This document shows positions 38,601-50,865 of a stretch of DNA of 64,000 bases, piece after piece. The stretch lies in assembly GCA_030390025.1 (NCBI GenBank), contig CM059432.1, positions 95,854,001-95,918,000 of the forward strand. Reading direction: 5' to 3'. This DNA is from Squalus acanthias. Lineage: Eukaryota. Positions within the stretch are counted from its first letter, which is position 1, and every line of letters begins with the position of its first letter. A program made the position numbers and the translations under genes. The notes beneath the pieces are model-generated. The model was not told the origin of the DNA, ran no database searches, and saw only the letters and a list, made by a program, of their open reading frames with translations.

Positions 38601-39447
38601 GGGCTGGATTTTCTCAATGGAGACGAGTTGGAGGCGGGACTGCTGCTTGTCATGTTAATGTCCCGCCTCCATCCTCGTCTGACCAACCAGAGGGAGTTTC
38701 CCCTGATTGACCTTGTTAAGACCGCCCTGCGGGCTCAGCAGGCCAATTAGGGTGGAAGTCACTGACAGAGCACGTCAACGTCAGATGTGCTATCTGTCAA
38801 GACTTCTTGGAAGAAGAAATGTCAGCATTTGACAGCTCTGTGAAACTGTCAAACACTGACATTCTCTGTAGTTTCATGAGACCTTGTGTTCAGGACTCAT
38901 CAAACCTTTCAATTTTGTCGATTTCAGATGGCTGTTGGTTCGGAGGATCCAACAGCCAGTCTGTGAAATCGACAACGAGGATGTCGGGTCTCCTGATCCA
39001 GAGAGAATGAAGGTTGTAGGAAGAAAACAAGGTAAGTGAACATTTTTTTATACTTATCACTCACCTTACATACTTACCACTCCACACTTGCACCCGTCAC
39101 TCACCTCTACATCTTAATTCCAGGTGCCTCCGACCGCCACAGACCTCCTTCACGTCTCCTTCAACCCGGTGGGGTTCTCCGAGGTCGGGAAGCCTTCACC
39201 TGTGAAGGTAAAATGGCACTAATCCTTTTTTCTGCCTGTTAACTACCTGTTAACAGGCAGTTAAAAGGATTAAATGCCTTTCCCGCCTCCAGGAGACAGG
39301 ACCCAAAGCAGCACATCTTCCCGCCTCCTGGCAAAAGGGCACGGAGGCAGGGATGGGGGCGGGTTTGCCATCCGACCCCACTTTTTGCTACTTTACCAGC
39401 AGCCCCGCCTCCATGCCCGCCTCCTCGGGGCTTGGAAAATCCAGCCC
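38601..39447. mobile_element. Harbinger-type MITE, TSD TTC, nested in an older MITE-like repeat (~38148-39540)
   Basis: ttc|gggctggatttt ... aaaatccagccc|ttc. Confidence 0.85.
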
Positions 39448-39544
39448 TTCATCTTCTACCTTAATCCCATGTGTACGCCCCAATCTTTAATTCGCTTTCT
39501 GTAAAATTATTAAAAGGTGAATTATAATCTGTGCTTTTTACTTC

Positions 39545-40950
39545 CTAGAATCTTAGAATCATAGAATGGTTACAGCACAGAAGGAGGTCATTCAGCCCAT
39601 CGAGCCCATGCCAGCTCTCTGCAAGAGCACTTCAGCTCGTCCCACTCCCCCGCCCTTTCTCCGTAGCCCTGCAATTTTTTTTCTTTCAAGTAGTTATCCA
39701 ATTCCCTTTTGAAAAACACAATTGAATCTGCCTCCACCACCCTGTCAGCCAGTGCATTCCAGATCCTAACCACTCGTTGCCTAAAAAAGATTTTCCTCAT
39801 GTCGCCTTTGGTTCTTCTGCCAATCACCTTGAATCTGTATCCTCTGGTTCTCAACCCTTCCACCAATGGGAATAGTTTCTCTCTATCTACTCTGTCTAGA
39901 CCCCTGATGATTTTGAACACCTCTATCAAATCTCCTCTCATCCTTCTCTGCTCTAAGGAGAACAACCCCAGCTTCTCCAGTCTATCCACGCAACTGAAGT
40001 CCCTCATCCCTGGATCCATTCTTGTAAATCTTTTCTGCACCCTCTCTAAGGCCTTCACATCCTTCCTAAAGTGCGGTGCCCAGAATTGGACACAATACTC
40101 CAGTTGAGGCCGAACCAGTGTTTTATAAAGGCTCATCATAACTTCCTTGCTTTTGTACTCTATGCCTCTATTTATGAAGCCCAGGATCCCGTATGCTTTT
40201 TTAATCACTTTCTCAACCTGCCCTGCCACTTTCAACAATTTGTGCACATATACCCCCAGGTCTCTCTGTTCATGCCCCCCCCTTTAGAATTGTACCCTTT
40301 AGTTTAGAATGCCTCTCCTCATTCTTCCGACCAAAATGTATCACTTCGCACTTTTCTGTGTTAAATTTCATCTGCCACGCATCCACCCATTCCACCAGCC
40401 TGTCTATGTCTTCTTGAAGTCTTTCACTATCCTCCTCACTGTTCACTATACTTCCAAGTTTTGTGTCATCTGCAAATTTTGAAATTGTGCCCTGTACACC
40501 CAAATCTAAGTCATTAATATATATCAAGAAAAGCAGTGGTCCTAGTACCGACCCCTGGGGAACACCACTGTATACCTTCCTCCAGTCTGAAAAACAACCG
40601 TTCACCACTACTCTCTGTTTCCTGTCACTTAGCCAATTTTGTATCCATGCTGCCACTGTCCCTTTTATTCCCTGGGCTTCAACTTTGCTGGCACTTTATC
40701 AGATGCCTTTTGGAAGTCCATGTACACCACGTCAACCGCATTGTCCTCATCAAACCTTTCTGTTACCTTATCAAAAAAATCAATCAAGTTAGTTAACCAC
40801 AATTCGCCTTTAACAAATCCATGCTGGCTTGCCTTAATTAATCCATACTTGTCCAAGTGACTGTTAATTTTGTCCCGGATTATCATTTCTAAAAGCTTCC
40901 CAACTACCGATGTTAAATTGACTGGCCTGTAGTTGCTGGGTTTATCCTTC
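39545..40950 (-). mobile_element. CR1 LINE, 5'-truncated, frameshifted RT
   Basis: [52 protein letters not shown]; tail ttctatgattcta. Confidence 0.93.
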
Positions 40951-41202
40951 CTGGTTTGCTACCTGAGAATTCTTCAGTATAATTGGCTGATCAGCCTGCC
41001 TGTTGCTGGACGCCACAGATCCCCTATGGATGGCGCCAGATTCATAGTCATACAGAATATAGGAATCTTTTGTGGGCAGCTTTTTTCAAGCTCAGCAGCG
41101 AATGCCGTCCCTACGCCGCTGGCCGCAAAATCTGGGCCATTATGTTTGCTTTGTTTCACAATATAATATTTTTATAGACTTATTAAATAATAACTACTGT
41201 TC

Positions 41203-43440
41203 CAACAACAACAACTTGCATTTATATAGTGCCTTTAACATAGTAAAACATCCCAAGGCACTTCACAGAAGCTTTATCAGACATAATTTGACACTGAGAA
41301 ACATAAGGAGATATTAGGACAGCTGACCAATGTGAAGGAATAAGCCATATAACCTATTCATTCTATGAAAGAATTCTGGCCTTATTAAAACATGACAAAC
41401 TGGGTTTGGAGATCTAGAAACCTAACTATGAAAAAGTTGTGAAAGCATTCTGGCTATAGAGATAAGATAGTTGTTGACACTGAATCAATAACCTTATTGA
41501 AAGAGAAGGTTAAAGGCTCCGGTAGGCTGAACCTTTCGGAATGAAACAATGGTTCACCCTGGACAAGGTGTTCCAATTATCACTTTGTAAAGAAGCACAT
41601 AAACGTAAGAAACATCTGCCTTCGTAAAAATGACATCAAGTAAAAAACACACCTGCTGTAACACCGTATTTTATGGTAAACTTAGAACACCTAGAGAAGA
41701 GACATAATTCTGTAATGCTACCAGCTGAGGTGACTGTAAGAATTGCAGGGGTCAGCAGAAAAATGACTAGAGATAATTAGCTTACATCAGCAGAAAACCT
41801 TAAAGGAAATACCACTGGAAAAGGGTATAAATATTGAACTCTCAAATGGGATAACAGACTCGCTTTAAAGGGCAAAGCGATTCTCAGCTTCAGAGGCGAC
41901 TCTGTAAGTCTCCAACTCTTTGTATCTCGGGGATCAAAGGTATTTGATTTTGGTGGATATCCTGAATAGAGCTTTAAGAACTGTAAAACTGTAGCGAAGT
42001 TAATATTTGAGAGTAAGGTTCTCTGATAATAGGATTGTAAGCTTTCTCTTTTTGGAACTGTTAATGTTGCGATTGACTCACCAACTCTAAATTACATGTT
42101 GGTTCTTTAATAAATCTATATATTTTTAGAATTGTCTCACATAAGACTTCTGTATCAAACTCGCAAACTCAATCTCTGTACACTCTTTGGTGAAGAGTTG
42201 CAGAATTCTGGGGGAATTTTCCAGACCCTCATAATATCCGGAATGTTACAGTCTAGCTAAACTTATTAAAAGTGCTATCTGGAGGACGGTAACATTTTCA
42301 GGTTGTTCCTTTCCTTTAGGGAGAGATAGTCCGGACCTTTAGACCCAATTAAGCATCTTTAGGATTCGGCTACCTCAAACTTTAGTTGAAAGTGAACGTC
42401 TGAGGAATACGCCTGATCCGGGGTAGCCCTAAAGGGGCTAGGACTAGTAATTATCCCTTCATCAAAAGCTTAGTCAAAAAGATATTTTCTTATGCGCGTC
42501 TTAAAGGAGGAGAGAGAGGAAGAGGCAGAGAGGTTTAGGGAGGGACTTCCAGAGCTTAGGGCCTAGACAATTGAAGGCACGGCCACCAATGGAGGGGCAA
42601 AGGAAGTTCGGAATTCTCAAGAGGCCAGAATTGGGGAACACAGAATTCTCGGAGGGGTGGAGGAGGTTATAAAGATAAGATGAGATTTGACCACAAGGAT
42701 GAGAATTTTACAATCGAGACTTTGCTGGAACGGGAGCCAACGTAGGTCAGCAAGCACTGGGGTGATGGTTGAAGGGGACGAGACAGGATATGGGCAGCAG
42801 AGTTTTGGATGAGCTCAAGTTTATGGAGGGTGGAAGATGGGAGGCCGGTCAGGAGAGGATTGGAATAATCAAGTCTGGAGGTAACAAAAGCATGGATGAG
42901 GGTTTCAGCAGCAGATGGGCTGAGGCAGGGGTGGAGATGTGGGATATTATGGAGGTGGAAGTATGTGGTCCTCGTGATGGAGAGGTTATGGGATCTGAAG
43001 CTCAGCTCAGGGTCAACTAGGACGCCAAGGTTGCGACAGTCTGGTTTAGCCTCAGACAGTGGCTAGGGAGGGGTTGGAATCGGTAGGAAGGGGGATGGAA
43101 TCAGTGGCTAGGGAATGGAGCTTTTGGCAGGGGCTGAAGACAATGGCTTTGGTCTTCCCAATATTTAATTGGAGAAAATTTCTGCTCATCCAGTACTGGA
43201 TGTCGGACAAGCAGCGTGATATATCGGATGCAGTGGAGGGGTCGAGGGAGGTGGTGGTGAGGTAGAGATGTGTATTGTCAGCATAGTGGAATCTGATGTT
43301 GAGTTTTCGGATGACATTACTGAGAGGCAGCATGTAAATGAGAAATAGGTGGGGGCGAAGGATAAATCCTTGAGGGTCTCCAGAGGTAACAGTTTGGGAA
43401 CAGAAAGTGAAGCCATTTCAGGAGATTCTCTGGCTACGAC
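41203..43440 (-). mobile_element. L2 LINE 3' fragment split by a solo LTR
   Basis: FHYADNTHLY..LSDIQYWMSRNFLQLNIGKTKAIVF; tail ataaatgcaagttgttgttg. Confidence 0.85.
41331..42461 (+). mobile_element. Solo LTR (~1.13 kb)
   Basis: TG..CA ends with short inverted termini (tgaaggaataa / ttatcccttca); 4-bp TSD ccaa/tcaa; TATAAATA at 41826 and AATAAA at 42109; L2 host rejoins across it. Confidence 0.75.
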
Positions 43441-44048
43441 CAGGTTGTAACATCTGTACAAAGTAGGATTTCTGGTTTTCATTTACAGAAAAAGTGCATT
43501 TTATCTGATTTCATCAAAATTTAAATTGGTAATTCTTTCTTACAGGTTTTAAAAAGACAAAGCCAATTGTTTACCATTACATGATTATACTAGCCCAGGA
43601 GTGTTCTGATATTGCCCATGAACCCTGGCAATCCAGTCCACAAAGTCTTGGCAAATCAGTCTATTTCCACCATGAAAGTCAGCGGGCTATGCATTATTCC
43701 ATTCATTAAAATGAATGGAAAGACAATTCCGATATGAACTCCCGACAGGTGAAACCTTATGCTGGAAGCACAAATTTGTAAAATTTATCTACATTCCTTA
43801 CTTGCAGCAGCAGCACTTAAAGGGCTCATTCAGCAGTCATGTACTTTTCATCGCATTATCAGCCCCATTTTGTAGCTAGTTTTTCCTATCTCCTTGGCAA
43901 AACATATTAATCAGTGGGGTTATAGGAATATGTCAATGGCACTCTTAAACTGCTTACTAAGAGGCCTGTAGAAACAATTGGAGTGAATTTCCTTACCATT
44001 TCAAGAACTTTACTGGCGTTGGAATGACGTTATGATATTAAACATAAG

Positions 44049-45085
44049 AACATCTAGAAACCAAAAACATAGTATTGAATAGTCAGCATGGATTTCAAAA
44101 GGGAAAGTCTTGCTTGACCAACCTCATTGAATTTTTTGAAGAGGTAACAGAGAGAGTAGACAATGATAATTCAGTAGATGTAATTTACCTAGATTTTCAA
44201 AAGGCCTTCGATAAGGTACTCCATAATAGACTGATGAGCAAGGTCAGAGAATGCGGAGTGAGGGAACAAGCAGCAGAATGGATAGCTAGCTGGCTTCAAG
44301 ACAGAAAGCACAGAGTAGGAGTAAAGGGTAGCTATTCACAGTGACAGAAGGTGGGTAGTGGTGTTCCACAAGGATCAGTGCTGGGGTCACTGTTGTTCAC
44401 AATTTATATTAACGATTTAGACTTTGGAATCAAAAACACAATTTCTAAATTTGCGCATGACATCAAATTGGGGGGGGGGGATAGTCAATACTGAGGAGGA
44501 CTGCAACAAATTACAGGAGGACATTAATAAACTTGCAGAATGGGCATATAATTGGCAAATGAAGTTCAACACAGATAAATGTGAGGTATTACATTTTGGT
44601 AGGAAGAATAGGGAGGTCACTTATTACTTGGAGGGTGCGAGTCTAGGTGGGGTAGAGGAGCAAAGGGATCTCGTAGTACAAATACACAAATCACTAAAAG
44701 TTACGACACAGGTTAGCAAGGCATTAAAAAAAGCAAACCAAGCACTAGGGTTTATTTCTGGAGGTATAGAATTGAAAAGTAGGGAAGCTATGCTAAACCT
44801 GTATCGAACCTTGGTTAGACCACACTTAGAGTAATATGTACAGTTCTGGTCGCCATATTATAAAAAGGATATTGAGGCACTGGAGGGGGTGCAGAGAAGA
44901 TTTACTAGGATGATACCAGAAATGCGAGGGTATACATATCAGGAAAGGATGAACAGGCTGGGTCTCTTTTCTCTTGAAAAAAGGTTGAGGGGTGACCTAA
45001 TAGAGGTCATTAAAATTATGAAAGGTTTTGATAGAGTGGATACAGAGAGAATGTTTCCACTTGTGGGGAAGAGCATAACTAGAGG
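44049..45085 (+). mobile_element. CR1 ORF2 fragment, left part (host of the LTR element)
   Basis: QHGFQKGKSCLTNL..YLDFQKAFDKV..MFPLVGKSITRG. Confidence 0.92.
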
Positions 45086-46742
45086 TGTAAGGGGTGACCT
45101 GCGGCTCTGTGCTTAGCCTAGGTGCTAGTGCGAGGTTAGGCCTTGTTGCCTGTTCTGGTCTCCAGCCAGCCTGGTAACACTAGACACCTGTGAGTGGTTC
45201 GACCCACTCGCCCTTACGGTTCTGACACTGGACTTAGGTGCGAGAGCAATAATGCAGAGAAAACTCAGGTAGACCCGGTTGAATAGTGCGAAGTGGAAAA
45301 TCTTTATTGCATATTATTCAAGATTACGAGATACATGTCATAAGCACAGATTAATGACAGTACAATCTTACACACAGTTATGTAACTCATTTTAGGGAAA
45401 CGAGGAGCGCATGACACATCGTAAAAGGGGGCACACATTACAATTATCCTTAAAACTTAAACCCTCCCCTATCAATACCTGCTCTAAACTAGACTTGTAG
45501 GATCGAGACTCATGCTCACCACTCGTGATAACTCGGAGAATTCCGAAACTCTGCTCGGATGTTTTTCCCCGCAGCACCTGACTATCCACGTGTTGATCAG
45601 GGGTCTCTGTACCCCACTTGTTTACTCGTCTCTGCTCCGGCTAGCAGGCTGGACCGTCTGCTGTCATGAAGATCTGTGTTGTCCTCGGAGTTCCGACTAC
45701 TACTCGAAGAAGAGTCTTCCTGTGCCCTCACCAGTTTGTAAAATTCGAAAGAAAAGTCTTCCTGGGCAAGGAAGTGTTTATTCGACTTACAGGCGCGGTC
45801 GGGGTTTACTGACCGTGGCGATACGTATTGTCGTCTTCTCTTCTCATCTCATCTCATCTCATCTCATCTCATCTCGGGCCTTCGGTTCCAACACCGTTTA
45901 CCGACTTCTCGGGATGGTGCGCCCGTTTCAAGGCTCACAGCCCAGTTCTACACAGATCTTCGCGGCAAGCCACGAGGTTGATCCTAGCGGATCAGAGTCC
46001 AGAGCCGTCAGGCAAGAGAATAAAAATTCAACAGTCTTCCAGCGAGTCAAAACAGCAAGAGCAGCAAGAGGCAGGCGGCAAGAGACAAGAGCAACAAGAG
46101 AAACAAGAGAGAGATGGACGGTTGTACCTTACAGTTATAGTGCTGTAATTCCTCTTTTCCCGCCCAATCTTAATGTCTATCTTTTGTCAGGTTTTTGGCG
46201 CTCAAGCTTCTTGTATAGGGTGATCTCCGTTTTTAATGGGTTTCGGTGATACTTGTAACTGTCTGAGTACCCGTTAATACTTCTCCCATTGTGGAACCGG
46301 CCAGTAGTCTCCCTGGAGGGGTTTTGGGGCTTCCAAATGCTTTCTGTAACTACCCGCAAACGGCTCTCTCATCGTAGAGTCGTGGGGATTTTGCATATTA
46401 ATGTCTTTGGATGGGTCCTTGATCGCTCGGTACAATAGCCCTTATTCGCACCTGGGAGACCGATTCCAGTATTTATGTATAAAATGCAAACCCATTATGT
46501 CTTGTCAATTATCTCAAATGTGCTGAGTCCTGTACGATCTTGCACAAATGTTTATTGGAACGCCATCTTGTCTGCTCATTGAAAGTCTAGAACGTTCTGC
46601 CACGAGGCGTGGCGGCCATTTTACAGGCTGTTTGTGTCCGCTTTGAAAACCTGACAGCATTCTGCTGAAATAAAGCTGTTTGTACGAAACTTTATGTCTC
46701 CTTCTTACTTTATAAAATCGCGAGAATTTTGTGAATTCTACA
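45086..46742 (-). repeat. 3' LTR (1657 bp)
   Basis: Direct repeat of 56979-58636 with only scattered substitutions/indels; internal (ctcat)n. Confidence 0.97.
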
Positions 46743-46755
46743 GTCCCTCCTGTTG
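46743..46755 (-). promoter_or_regulatory. Polypurine tract
   Basis: Minus strand AACAGGAGGGAC directly precedes TGTAG of the 3' LTR. Confidence 0.75.
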
Positions 46756-47168
46756 ATGCGAATAACTCCGCTTATCGTATCAAAAAATATTGTGGTGAGC
46801 AATATTATCTCGATTCTCCACATCCAAAAATTCCCATAACTTAAAGCTATCTAGGGTCTCTGTGTCGTCCTTATTTCCCAGGAAAACTACATTCTTATAA
46901 CACCGTAGGCAGCATTTGCCTTTAACTTACACCGCGTATACGTCTTCCAGGTGCAACAGGCCGATGCCTCTCGCACCACCTGTATATGTATTTTATTATA
47001 CAAGGAAAAAGAAAACAAAAACACCCAAACAATCATATTCAACAACACCAAACCAACTCTTAAACATGTAGAGTTCCAAACTTAATTACAGTTTCTGAGA
47101 AAAATCACGATCGATTACAACACTTCCGAGGCGCACGTGGAAAACGGGAGTGACGCCATTTTGTCTGT

Positions 47169-49520
47169 TTACACGGTGCTTTCATCGTGCACGCGCACGT
47201 AACGTTCTCGCCACTCTCCCGTGTTTTCGTTCTTGGTGAGGCGTTTGCCTCTCTTACAATGCACGACCAATAAGTATATCACAATAAACACTTGGCATAC
47301 AACTAAAATGTGGGAGGCTATTCTAATCCAGGAAGGCACTTCAATGTTGGTGAACAGATTCCACCACGGTGGAATTACTATGTCCAGAATTTCTGTCCCT
47401 ATCTCGACAGTCTTTTGTTCTAGGGTGTAAAAATGTTTTTGCGATACCGCGACGGCTTTCAAAAGCTTGGTGAGGTGTTCAGGGAGAGGGGGAATGAGGT
47501 ATCCGAAATGCGCGACGAATCGCTGCAGGTCGGTGAAGTACTCTTTTACGGTAAGATGAACCGTGGATGGTTCAGGGATTGGGACAATTCGCTGTTGTGC
47601 TACTTGAACTTCCGCCCTGGGTTTAAAACAGAAACTGCTGTCACTCACCGGACACCGGCTACGGTTTCCATGTTGGTAGTGTTGCGCTGCAGTGGTAACA
47701 CAATATGTTCCACCCCCGATGTATGCTACCTGCGGAGGCACATGATCTTGTGCCATTGTCTCCATGGTGCAATTCATGGGCTTGGCGCCAGCCGTTCTGA
47801 ACCCGCACTGTGGTGTTAAAAAGGCATTCAAGTGCTGGGGACACAGTATTATGTGTGCTCCCCGGCCACGACAACCAGAGAGATCTGTACCTGTCATCGT
47901 TTGCTCCCAGCGGATGACGTAAGGTGGAACCGCTGCATAGCGAATGTGGGCTCCCCCCTGAATGACACCAATGTTCTCTACCCGATACACCGGGGCGGGC
48001 TTTGTTGTGTCGCCCAAAACCGGCATACGTAATACTAGACCCATGATGGTATGGTTTGATCGTCCGCAGTCCACGGGGACTGGGTATGCTTCTGAAGCTA
48101 GTCTGAGCTGGCACGGGTTTAATGCGTTCTGAAAAGGGTGGCGCGCCTGCAGGTGTTTGTTACTTATCCAGGACGGGACCAAACCTTGTTTTAAATCCTC
48201 CAAATTACTGCGGCCCTCGCCCAGTAACCACGCCCCGTAAAGCACACACACCTCATTCTGCGCAGCCTGATCGGATGCATTCCGATCTTCCCTAATCAGG
48301 GCATTTACCGTACGCGCATGTTTCTCTAGTTCGGCTATTATTTCTTTTAAATGGAGAGTCATGGCCTGGTCCTCGTGTAACCCAGACCCAACCACCTTAT
48401 TTTCATCTGTGAGAATGCTTTTTAATTGCGTTTTTAAGCCATTAATCTGGGTCTGCAGCTCCACGCTGTCTAGAGCGTTGACCACAGATGTACCTGTATT
48501 GAAAGCAGTGAACATGTCGTTCACAACATCCCTTCTTTGCCTCCACACCTGACCCAAAACTTCATGTGGTGCGGTGTACAAACTTGTTTTATCAATTTCC
48601 GCGAAATCGAACTCATAAAATTGTCTAAAACATCTTGGTCAACAGGACCTGATATAACTGTTCCGTCTTTTTGGGGCACCACTCTGGTAACCGCACCTCG
48701 GTGAGATTTAAAATCACCGAGGCCACCGCGTAAGGTACCCCCTGAAATAGTATCTGGTCTGTGGGGACCAGTACCAAACCATTCCCGGGTCCCTTACTGG
48801 TTTTAGGGCACCCTTCTTCCTTAGCTAGAACCACCGGACCGTGGGCGGGGCTTTGCGTGGGCGTGTAATGAGTTCAGTGGCATTTACCGGGATCGGGGAG
48901 TATGGGGCTCCGCACCCCCTGGTGCTCGCATCCCACCTCATTCCCTGTCCGTTATCCTGCCATTGATTGATGAAAAATATGGAGATGCCTTTGGGGCAAA
49001 CGTGCTTTGACCCCCACATACATACATAAATTCCCTCATCCGGTTCCCACCATTTGTCCCAACAGACTCTCACTTGTCCGTTTGTCCCCGTAATTGTCCG
49101 ATGGGTATTATTACCCAGTCGCTCCCACTCGACCGAAGAGTTCCTCATGTTTTTGCTCAGCTTTCGTAGCCACCACCATCGGCTCAATGGGACATTCCCA
49201 TTACAAGTCAAACAAATTCGTTTGCCGACGGTGACGCTGACTCTGGGTGCGATGATCCTCACTTTGGGGCACATTAAAGAAGTCTCTTTGTAGGCAAAAC
49301 CCGATGTACTGGAATACTTAGTTGAATTCGTTCCCAGCCATCCTGGCCACCTTCCCTTGTGGAAATAGGTGGTGGTCTCCTCAGCCTCTCGCCTTCCGGT
49401 CCCATCCACCGCGATGGGGGCCGTGTCCCCGGAGCATCCAAACACCACGACATCCTTGGTGCGGCCTCGATAGGCCAATCCACATCCGATTGCCGCGAGC
49501 AATACTAGAATTCGTTCCAT
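47169..49520 (-). pseudogene. env: env: class I fusion glycoprotein (F-protein-like) with N-terminal Ig-like domain; ~783 aa after repairing two compensating 1-nt frameshifts (~48836, ~48627)
   Basis: Signal peptide MERILVLLAAIGCGLA; furin site RQRR; heptad region; Cys-rich ectodomain; TM IASHILVVCQVFIVIYLLVV; short basic tail. Confidence 0.85.
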
Positions 49521-49799
49521 CCTTCCTTGGTTCCTGTGATCAGATAGAATGAGGTAGCCAGCCTCCCAAGAGTCTCTGGCTTTTGTGAAGGGTGAGCGGG
49601 TCCCCTGACCTCGCCTCACGTAAGAAGACATGTGCGCTGGATAGACTTTAACTATTCCTATCTCTAAAACTCCCATCATTTTACCTCTTTCTGTTAAACA
49701 AAATTAAACTACCGACTTAACCTGATTTAAAACTATAAACTTATAAACTCATCCTAAACTTATCACTGTACCGCGCCGCCCGTTCCCAGGGCGGCCTAC

Positions 49800-50865
49800 T
49801 CAAATTCTGCGGTTGCTGCCGTAGGCTTCTCCCAACGGTGGGAGGGCATTGACCCCTCCCTTTGATCTGCCGCAGCCTATCGCTGCTGCGCTGGGACTGG
49901 GATCTCCCTGAGCTGCCTTGACCTTGAACTTACGTCTAGGGACATATGGGGGACTTACCCAAATCTTTCTGGGCTGGGGTATCCGACCTGACCTACGGAG
50001 AGTTACCGGGGGCAGGAATCCCAGGACCGACGGACCGGGTTCCGAGACTTCCACCGTGGCGACCTGTGGTCCCACCACAGTCGCTGGCTCCGCCTCCCCT
50101 GACTCCGCCTCCTTGACCTCGGGACTTGCAGCTTGTGGCACCGCCCTGCTCGGCCCAGCAGGCAGCCCTTCACTCGCAGTCCCTACCTCCCCCGAGGGCA
50201 GGACGTTCAAGGCGGGCGGCTCGGGCTCTGAGGCTTCCACCGTCACGCCCTGTGGTCCCACAGCGGCTGGCTCCGCCTCCCCTGGCTCCTCCCCCCTGTG
50301 TTCGGGACCTGCAGCCTCGGTGTCCACCCTGTGTGGATCTCTATCTGCAGCCCCTGTCCCCCCTATACCTGAATCGGGGGCGACCCTTTCGTCCTCCGAT
50401 TCCCACTCTCCACTACCTTCACTATCCTCATCTTCGTCGAGCTCTTGGAACTCTCCCTCATCTGACTCCCAACCCAAATAAAAGATCTTACATTTTTCTA
50501 GGATGTCCTCTCCCCTGATGCAAGCTGCTTTGCCTGCCTGTGTGCCCTGTGGCCCTACCTGGGGCTGCGAGTCCCCACTCGCAGGTTTGGCACCTGTGAT
50601 TGGCCCTTGTGCACCTGGCTTATACAGTTTGCACTGATTTAAATCCCTGCTTCTGGCTACCTCGTGGGCTGCCTTTATATCTCTGAGCTGTGCTTCTAGC
50701 ATGAGCACGCCTACTTTCCCCATTAAGCGGGCGTTCTCCTCCCGCAGGGCCTGCTCTCTAAGCTGCCCTTCTAGCACTTCTATTTGCCCCATTAAGCGGG
50801 CGTTCTCCTCCCGTAGGGCCTGCTCTCTAAGCTGCCCTTCTAGCCCATCTATTTTCCCTATTAAG
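49800..50865 (-). CDS. Orphan ORF (>=330 aa) occupying the pol position: 23-aa coiled-coil repeats, acidic tract, Pro/Ala/Glu duplication, basic LRRSGR tail
   Basis: ORF 49800-50792, open upstream to ~50873; 69-bp tandem repeat 50719-50867; no PR/RT/RNase H/IN motifs. Confidence 0.55.

Noticed and set aside
43546..43710. Strong + strand splice acceptor followed by a short open frame
   Set aside because: No donor or partner exon and no recognisable peptide.
45512..46249. 245-aa + strand ORF in the LTR (and pieces at 57452-58143)
   Set aside because: Frame not conserved between the two LTRs, runs through a (ctcat)n microsatellite, and is antisense to the element.
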